Below are positions 57,681 to 64,000 of a DNA stretch of 64,000 bases, piece by piece; positions within the stretch are counted from its first letter, which is position 1; each line of letters opens with the position of its first letter. Source of the stretch: Erysipelotrichales bacterium (GTDB lineage Bacteria > Bacillota_I > Bacilli_A > RFN20 > CAG-826); the NCBI GenBank assembly GCA_022508525.1, contig JAFLVA010000003.1:39769-103768 (forward strand). The letters are read 5' to 3'. The position numbers and the translations under genes were made by a program. Below the pieces are notes generated by a model. The model saw only the letters and a list, made by a program, of their open reading frames with translations, was not told the origin of the DNA and ran no database searches.

Positions 57681-60600
57681 ATGAAAATTTCGAGTTTGAA
57701 AAAATTAATGTTTATACCTCTTATCGTCGGTATGTTGTCTAGAAATAATGTTATTTTAAAGGAAAATGATAGAATGAGAGCAAATGCAGAAACTGATGTT
57801 GAGGTGTCTAAAGTAGAATATGAAATATATCCTACTCCTCAAGAAATAGTTTATTCTGATGGGATAATTAGCTTAACAAAACGTGTTAATGTATACGCAG
57901 AATCATCAATTGATGTTTATACAAAAAACAAATTGTATGACATTTTATCTTTAAAAGATGTTAAAGCACATAATGTTAGCAAAATCACTGATAATGGAAA
58001 TTTCAATATTAATATAGGAGTGTATAAGAGTAGCGAAGATGTAGATAAACTTTGTCGTGGAGTGGATTTATCCTATATTGAAAATAAAATTGATGCATAT
58101 TATTTAGAAATTAATAGTAATTCCATAATTGTTTTAGGTAAAGATACAGATGCAGTTTTTTATGGACTTGCAACATTAAAAATGATTTTTGAACAAAGCA
58201 AGAAACAAATAAGAACATTAGTAATTAAAGATTATAGCAATTCTAAGTGGCGTGGATTTATTGAAGGATATTATGGTATTCCTTGGACAAGCGAAGAAAG
58301 AATCGAATTAATGAGATTTGGAGAAATTGTAAAGAGTAATATCTATATTTACGCTCCTAAAGATGATAGTTATCATAGTTCAAACTGGCGTGGTTTATAT
58401 AATGAGCGTGATTTGGAAGTCTTAAAAGAACAAATTCAAGCAGGTTTAGAGACTAAGACAAAATTCGCTTGGGCAATCCATCCTTTTATGGAAAAACCAA
58501 TTACTCAATCTAATTATTCTGAAGGACTTCAAGCAATAATTAATAAATTCGATCAAGTTTATAATGCTGGTGTACGTCAATTTGTTGTTTCAGCAGATGA
58601 CATTTCGGTTCCGGAAGATGGAAGCACATTGACTGGATATTTACATCGTGATTTATTAAATGATTTAGCAAAATGGAATAAGGCTAAAGGAGATTGCGGA
58701 GATTTAATATTTGTTCCAACTGCGTATTTCTATGTTGAGCATAGTACTCATTTGACAAATTACTTGAGAACATTAGTAGAAAATCTTGACTCATCTATTA
58801 GTATTATGTGGACGGGTAATAAAGTTTGTAGCTCCGTCGCTAATGGAAAATTCCAAGAATTTAAAGAAATTACGGGGCGTGAACCATTTATGTGGATGAA
58901 CTGGCCAGTTAACGACTATTCTACAAACCATTTGTTAATGGGTAAAGGCGAAGTACTTAACGATAATTATTTAGATAAAGAATTAGATTTCTCTGGTATA
59001 GTTACTAATCCAATGGCAGAAGCGGAACCTTCAAAATTGTCGATATTTGCAATTTGTGATTATACTTGGAACATTCATCAATTTGATATGGATAAGAGTT
59101 ATCTCGCAAGCTTTAAATATGTAGAAAAAGATACACCAGAGAGTCTTTATGAAATTTGCCAACACTTAACAAATGCTGGTAGATTTGAAGATCAATATTT
59201 TGAAGAAGCTAAGGAATTAGCGACATTAATTAATAATTATAATAATGCGATTAAAAATGGTAGTAATGTTGAACGAAGAATTGATGCATTAAATACTTAT
59301 TTTGATAAACTTATTGGTTGTTGTGATGATTTTTTAAATAACGGATACAATAAAAAATTAATTAAAGCAATGCGCGGTTGGGTAGAAATGATTAGTGATA
59401 TGGCTATCGCTACAAAGGCATATCTTGAAATGGCTAAAAATGTAGATTCTTATTCAGATAGCGAAATGCTTGCTAAATTGAATGAGGCTGATAGTTATTA
59501 TGATCGAGCATTTACACACACTTCTCCAGTTTTGATTAGAGGTAGTGTTGAATCTCAAATTGTCGATGGTGGTATGACTGTTTTACAACCATTCTTAAAA
59601 TCAATCAGAACGTCAATACGTGATGATATCATGTTAAAACTAGGAATACCAACGGGTATAGTATATGAAGGTTTTCCAAATGGTATTTATGAAGGAGCGA
59701 TAAATAACATTATGGATGGCGATGATAGTACTTTCTGTTGGTTTAATGGTAGACCAGAATCTGGCGCTTATATTCGTATTGATTTAGAAGAAGTTAAAGA
59801 AATATTTAGTATTCGAATTTTATCCGGTAATGCGCAAGGTAAAGATTTCATGAATGGCTACGTTGAATATTCAAATGACGCTAAAACATGGACACAAATA
59901 AGTGCGTTTAATGGAGCACAAACTATTATTGATATTAGAAGTAACCCAATTCAAGCTCGTTTTATTCGTTTATTAGACAATAATACTTCTACATGGATTT
60001 CTATTAAAGAAGTATCAATTAATGATTTAAATATGGATGCATTTAATGCTGTTGAATATGATGGATTTAATGGTGGTATTCAAGAGGGAACAGTTGATTA
60101 TATTATTGACGATGATGAAAACACCTATTGCTGGTTTGGAAAATCAACTCCAGATGCTTATGTTAAAGTAGATTTAGGCGAAGTTAAAACTGTTGAAAGT
60201 GTTCAAGTATTATTAGGAAAGCCTGAAGGCGGAGACATTATGAATGGTGTAGTGGAATATTCTCTTGATGGGTTAACATTTATTCAAATCGGTGAACTTG
60301 TCGGGGCTAAAACTATTGTTGATTTAAGAGATGCTCCAGTTCAAGCAAGATATATTCGAATAAAAAACAGAAGTACCGCAAACTGGGTTGCTGTAAGAGA
60401 TATATCAGTTAATAAAGTCTCTGATGATGAACCAATTGTTTCATCTAGTGGCTTAACTTTTGTCAGTCAAAAGAAGAGTAGCGTCAGTGGAATTAATGAT
60501 GGTGATCTATCAACATATGCGTGGTATGATTGGAAAGGTGAAGCTGGTTCATATGTACAAATTGATTTAAGAAAAGAAACTGAAATAAAAAATATCGTTT

Positions 60601-60848
60601 TTTATCAAAGCTGTGACGATGTTCCTGCTGACTACTTTAGAGATTTCAGTATTAAATATTCTCTTGATGGAATTAACTGGTATACAGTTGGAGAAGAGCA
60701 TTATTTAGCTGATTCTAATACTAATTTAGAATTGAATTTAGATTTGTCTAATTCACCAATTAATGCCAGATATGTTCGTGTTGTAACAAATATATATATG
60801 ACAAATGGAGTTACAATTAGAGAATTTAACGTAAATATTAATTTCTAA
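57681..60848 (+). CDS. GH84 beta-N-acetylglucosaminidase (NagJ/NagH-like) with three C-terminal F5/8 type C domains
   Basis: WRGFIEGYYGIPWTSEERIELMRF..IYIYAPKDDSYH, catalytic VVSADDI. DGDDSTFCWF-type CBM32 signatures three times. Confidence 0.85.
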   Translation: MKISSLKKLMFIPLIVGMLSRNNVILKENDRMRANAETDVEVSKVEYEIYPTPQEIVYSDGIISLTKRVNVYAESSIDVYTKNKLYDILSLKDVKAHNVSKITDNGNFNINIGVYKSSEDVDKLCRGVDLSYIENKIDAYYLEINSNSIIVLGKDTDAVFYGLATLKMIFEQSKKQIRTLVIKDYSNSKWRGFIEGYYGIPWTSEERIELMRFGEIVKSNIYIYAPKDDSYHSSNWRGLYNERDLEVLKEQIQAGLETKTKFAWAIHPFMEKPITQSNYSEGLQAIINKFDQVYNAGVRQFVVSADDISVPEDGSTLTGYLHRDLLNDLAKWNKAKGDCGDLIFVPTAYFYVEHSTHLTNYLRTLVENLDSSISIMWTGNKVCSSVANGKFQEFKEITGREPFMWMNWPVNDYSTNHLLMGKGEVLNDNYLDKELDFSGIVTNPMAEAEPSKLSIFAICDYTWNIHQFDMDKSYLASFKYVEKDTPESLYEICQHLTNAGRFEDQYFEEAKELATLINNYNNAIKNGSNVERRIDALNTYFDKLIGCCDDFLNNGYNKKLIKAMRGWVEMISDMAIATKAYLEMAKNVDSYSDSEMLAKLNEADSYYDRAFTHTSPVLIRGSVESQIVDGGMTVLQPFLKSIRTSIRDDIMLKLGIPTGIVYEGFPNGIYEGAINNIMDGDDSTFCWFNGRPESGAYIRIDLEEVKEIFSIRILSGNAQGKDFMNGYVEYSNDAKTWTQISAFNGAQTIIDIRSNPIQARFIRLLDNNTSTWISIKEVSINDLNMDAFNAVEYDGFNGGIQEGTVDYIIDDDENTYCWFGKSTPDAYVKVDLGEVKTVESVQVLLGKPEGGDIMNGVVEYSLDGLTFIQIGELVGAKTIVDLRDAPVQARYIRIKNRSTANWVAVRDISVNKVSDDEPIVSSSGLTFVSQKKSSVSGINDGDLSTYAWYDWKGEAGSYVQIDLRKETEIKNIVFYQSCDDVPADYFRDFSIKYSLDGINWYTVGEEHYLADSNTNLELNLDLSNSPINARYVRVVTNIYMTNGVTIREFNVNINF

Positions 60849-61029
60849 TTTGAAAAAAGTTACTGAAATAGAAATATAACTATTAAATAAAATGAATATT
60901 AGTGTATTAAATGACATTAAATTTTTTTGTTATAAATTTAAATGATTACTTTTTATTAGGCATAATATAAAATATTAGTGTCAAATATATTAATATGAAA
61001 ATATTAATAAAAACAAGGAGGATTACTTT

Positions 61030-61890
61030 ATGGAAAGATACGATATTGCCATTATTGGTACGGGCCCTGCTGGACTTCAGGCTAGCATAGTAGCACGCAT
61101 TAGAAATAAAAAAGTTCTCCTTATTGGTAGCAAGGATTTATCTTTAAAATTGACTAAAACGCATTCTATTAGCAATTATTTAGGTTTTGGCACGATAAGT
61201 GGAGAAGATTTAGCTAAGCAATTCAAAAACCACTTGGATGAATTAAATATTGAAATTACTGAGGATAAGATTCAAAGTGTTTATAGTATGGGCGAATACT
61301 ATGCATTACAAGGAGTAAATGTAATGTATGAGGCAACATCTGTTATTTTAGCAACAGGAGTAGTGTCCACACCACAAATTAAAGGTGAAGAAGAATGCTT
61401 TGGACGTGGAGTTAGCTATTGCGCAACTTGTGATGCTCCGCTTTATAAAAATAAAACTGCTGTAATAATTGGTTATTCTAAAAAAGAAGAAAAAGAAGCT
61501 AAATTTTTGTCAGAAGTAGCTAAAAAAATATATTATCTTCCTATGTATAAAGATGAATTAGATTTATCTAGTAGCATAGAAATTATAAAAGGAAAACCAA
61601 TGGAGATTAGAAAAGTCGATGGAGGCATGGAGTTAATTACAGATTCTGATAATTTTGTAGTAAATGGAATATTTGTCCTTCGCGATGCGATAAATGTAAA
61701 AACTTTAGTGCCAGGATTAGAAATTAATGGTCCGCATGTTGTTGTTGATCGTTTGATGCACACCAACCTTCCTGGATTATTTGCATGTGGTGATTTAGTT
61801 GGTTTGCCTTATCAATATATTAAGTCGGCAGGCGAGGGCAATATTGCAGCTTTATCTGCGGTTAATTATATTGATAAAATAAAACAATAA
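61030..61890 (+). CDS. Thioredoxin-reductase-like flavoprotein lacking canonical NADPH motifs
   Basis: YDIAIIGTGPAGLQA (FAD), CATCD redox motif, C-terminal GDLVG. GGGDSA and HRR motifs replaced by IIGYSKKEEKEA and LPMYKDE. Confidence 0.7.
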   Translation: MERYDIAIIGTGPAGLQASIVARIRNKKVLLIGSKDLSLKLTKTHSISNYLGFGTISGEDLAKQFKNHLDELNIEITEDKIQSVYSMGEYYALQGVNVMYEATSVILATGVVSTPQIKGEEECFGRGVSYCATCDAPLYKNKTAVIIGYSKKEEKEAKFLSEVAKKIYYLPMYKDELDLSSSIEIIKGKPMEIRKVDGGMELITDSDNFVVNGIFVLRDAINVKTLVPGLEINGPHVVVDRLMHTNLPGLFACGDLVGLPYQYIKSAGEGNIAALSAVNYIDKIKQ

Positions 61891-61965
61891 TTAGATAATA
61901 AATCTTATAGATTTATATATAATTTTTGTATAAATGCTATAATATTATTAAAGGAGGAGTGAGAG

Positions 61966-62421
61966 ATGCTTACTATGTTGGCAAATATTAACGTCATCGG
62001 CGTTATTGTTTGGGTTGTAGTGTTCGTTGCGGCAGTTGTAATTGAATTCTCGACTATGGAACTTGTGAGTATTTGGTTCGCAATTTCGGCTATACCGTCT
62101 CTTATTATGGCGGCATTTGGTGTGAATATATGGTATCAAATTCTTGTTTTTGCCGTAATGTCTGCAATAGCATTTGTGATAACTAAATTGTTTATAAAAA
62201 AGAAAATAAAAGTTAATCCAAGTGCTACAAATGCTGACTCATTAATTGGTAATGAGATTCTCATCATTAATGATGTTACACCAACTCAAAACGGAGAAGG
62301 AAAAGTACGTGATATCGTATGGACTGTCACAAGTAAAGACTTTATTGCAAAGGGAGAATTTGCAATAGTCAAAGAAATAAAAGGAAATAGATTAATTGTT
62401 ATAAAAAAGGAGATAAAATAA
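61966..62421 (+). CDS. NfeD family membrane protein
   Basis: Three N-terminal TM helices plus C-terminal OB-like GEGKVRD..WTV. AGGAGG RBS. Precedes the SPFH gene. Confidence 0.75.
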   Translation: MLTMLANINVIGVIVWVVVFVAAVVIEFSTMELVSIWFAISAIPSLIMAAFGVNIWYQILVFAVMSAIAFVITKLFIKKKIKVNPSATNADSLIGNEILIINDVTPTQNGEGKVRDIVWTVTSKDFIAKGEFAIVKEIKGNRLIVIKKEIK

Positions 62422-62422
62422 T

Positions 62423-63346
62423 ATGTTTTTAGAAGCAAATGCAGGTTTAATTTTTTTGTTTATTGCATTAGCAATAATCGTTCTTGTCGGTATTATCGTA
62501 CTTGCAAGATGTATTGTCATTGTGCCACAAGCACACGCTGTTATTATTCAAAGATTAGGTAAATATCATAAGACATTAGAAGCTGGTTTTCATATGCTAG
62601 CACCATTTGTTGATTCAAGAGCTAAGACTATTACTTTAAAAGAAATAGTTGCAGATTTTAAACCACAACCAGTTATTACCAAAGATAACGTTACAATGCA
62701 AATTGATACTGTTGTTTATTATCAAATTACCGATCCAAAATTATACGCATATGGTGTTGATAATCCAATTAATGCGATTGAAAATTTATCCGCAACTACT
62801 TTGCGTAATCTTATTGGTGATCTTGAATTAGACCAAACTTTAACAAGTAGAGATACTATTAACCAAAAAATGAGAATTATTCTTGATGAGGCAACTGACC
62901 CATGGGGAATTAAAGTTAATCGTGTTGAATTAAAAAATATTCTTCCTCCAAAAGATATCCAAGAAGCAATGGAAAAGCAAATGCGTGCAGAAAGACAAAA
63001 ACGTGAAGCTATTTTAACTGCTGAGGGTGAAAAGCAAGCTGCTATTTTAACTGCTGAAGGTAAAAAAGAAGCTGCAATTTTAAATGCTGAAGCTACAAGA
63101 ATTCAAGCAGTTAAAGAAGCCGAAGGTAAAGCAGAAGCAATTATTAAACTTGCAGAAGCAGAAGCTGAAGGAATTAGAAGAATTAATGAAGCAAACCCAA
63201 GCGCAGCTTATGTTACTTTAAAAGGATTTGAATCATTAGAAAAAGTTTCAGACGGACAAGCTACAAAAATTGTTATCCCAACTGAAATATCAAATGTTAC
63301 AGGCTTATTAACAGCGTTAAAAGGAACATTAGAAAAGAAAGACTAA
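62423..63346 (+). CDS. SPFH/band-7 (stomatin/prohibitin-like) protein
   Basis: N-terminal TM, VPQAHAVIIQRLGKY.., TKDNV.MQIDTVVYYQI, Ala/Glu-rich coiled C-terminus. Confidence 0.88.
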   Translation: MFLEANAGLIFLFIALAIIVLVGIIVLARCIVIVPQAHAVIIQRLGKYHKTLEAGFHMLAPFVDSRAKTITLKEIVADFKPQPVITKDNVTMQIDTVVYYQITDPKLYAYGVDNPINAIENLSATTLRNLIGDLELDQTLTSRDTINQKMRIILDEATDPWGIKVNRVELKNILPPKDIQEAMEKQMRAERQKREAILTAEGEKQAAILTAEGKKEAAILNAEATRIQAVKEAEGKAEAIIKLAEAEAEGIRRINEANPSAAYVTLKGFESLEKVSDGQATKIVIPTEISNVTGLLTALKGTLEKKD

Positions 63347-63360
63347 TATCTTGTATTAGT

Positions 63361-63400
63361 AAAATTAAAACAGGCAACAAAATGTGTTTGCCTGTTTTTT
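63361..63400. terminator. Bidirectional rho-independent terminator
   Basis: ACAGGCAA..TTGCCTGT stem flanked by an A-run and a T-run, between convergent genes. Confidence 0.6.
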
Positions 63401-64000
63401 AATCTCTTTTATATAAATCTCGTGTATATATTTTATTTTTTACTCTATCAAGATTTTCATCATATCTATTTGCTACAATTATTTCTGACATATTTATAAA
63501 CTCTTCAAAGGATTTTATTATTTTGCAATTAAGATAATAGTCATCGTTAAATAACGGCTCAAAAATCACAATTTTTACACCACCATTTTTTAAAATATCA
63601 ATGATGTCTAATATTGCTGACTGCCTAAAACTATCAGAATTCATTTTCATAGTTAGTCGATAAATACCAATAATCTTATTTTCTTTATTTTCTAATCTAG
63701 AAATTAATTGTTCTGCAATAAATTTTTTTCTTGTGTCGTTTGATTCAATAATAGCAGATATTAAATTTTCTGGAACACTCTTATAATTTGCTTTTAATTG
63801 TTTGGTATCTTTAGGTAGGCAATATCCTCCATAACCAAATGATGGATTGTTATAGAAATCACCAATTCTAGGATCAAGAGATACTCCTTCAATTATGGAT
63901 TTTGTATCTAATCCTTTCAATTCAGCATAAGTGTCTAGTTCATTAAAATAAGCTACTCTTAAAGCTAAATATGTATTCGCAAATAATTTTACAGCTTCAG
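63399..64000 (-). CDS. ugd: UDP-glucose 6-dehydrogenase, N-terminus outside window
   Basis: GYGGYCLPKDTKQL. Reading frame stays open upstream of 63920 to the window edge (..EAVKLFANTYLALRVAYFNELDTYAEL..). Confidence 0.8.
   Translation of the reverse strand, partial: EAVKLFANTYLALRVAYFNELDTYAELKGLDTKSIIEGVSLDPRIGDFYNNPSFGYGGYCLPKDTKQLKANYKSVPENLISAIIESNDTRKKFIAEQLISRLENKENKIIGIYRLTMKMNSDSFRQSAILDIIDILKNGGVKIVIFEPLFNDDYYLNCKIIKSFEEFINMSEIIVANRYDENLDRVKNKIYTRDLYKRD

Overview
AT-rich (about 30% GC by eye) bacterial chromosomal segment that reads cleanly with the standard genetic code. All domain calls are by-eye motif recognition; no searches were run. Likely a low-GC Bacillota/Mollicutes-type organism (Acholeplasma- or Erysipelotrichia-like; inference). 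The basis is CIRCE operators on clpB, surface enzymes anchored by lipoboxes or C-terminal TM tails with no LPXTG, and scattered single tRNAs. Four blocks. (1) 1 to ~12.1 kb is an accessory/defence-type island. It holds a tightly overlapping type II CBASS operon (SAVED, CD-NTase, Cap2, Cap3; Cap3 is absent from the ORF track and was hand-translated). Its promoter carries a CIRCE-like heat-shock operator. The island also has a divergent 1153-aa SF2 helicase with a PD-(D/E)xK-like C-terminus, a decayed DUF2075 + MazG-like pair, an EEP-nuclease two-gene module and two small dubious genes. It ends at tRNA-Glu(CUC). (2) 12 to 26 kb is housekeeping: gltX, rbsK, clpB with two CIRCE sites, GNAT, UDG-family, cotJB/cotJC-like, malY/patB-like, two membrane-tethered XRE regulators, and tRNA-Gly/Arg/Leu/Thr. 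(3) 26 to 61 kb is a large glycan-utilisation locus: GH16 (two genes, one split by an in-frame TGA), GH84, GH94-like phosphorylase, phosphohexomutase, nagA/nagB, ABC importer, ROK regulator, CBM32/F5-8C arrays, GDPD, metallophosphoesterase and a BspA-type LRR lipoprotein. (4) 61 to 64 kb holds a TrxR-like flavoprotein, NfeD-SPFH and a partial ugd. Best novelty candidates: the CIRCE-controlled CBASS whose SAVED protein has no recognisable effector domain, the adjacent helicase-nuclease, and the EEP + 176-aa pair.
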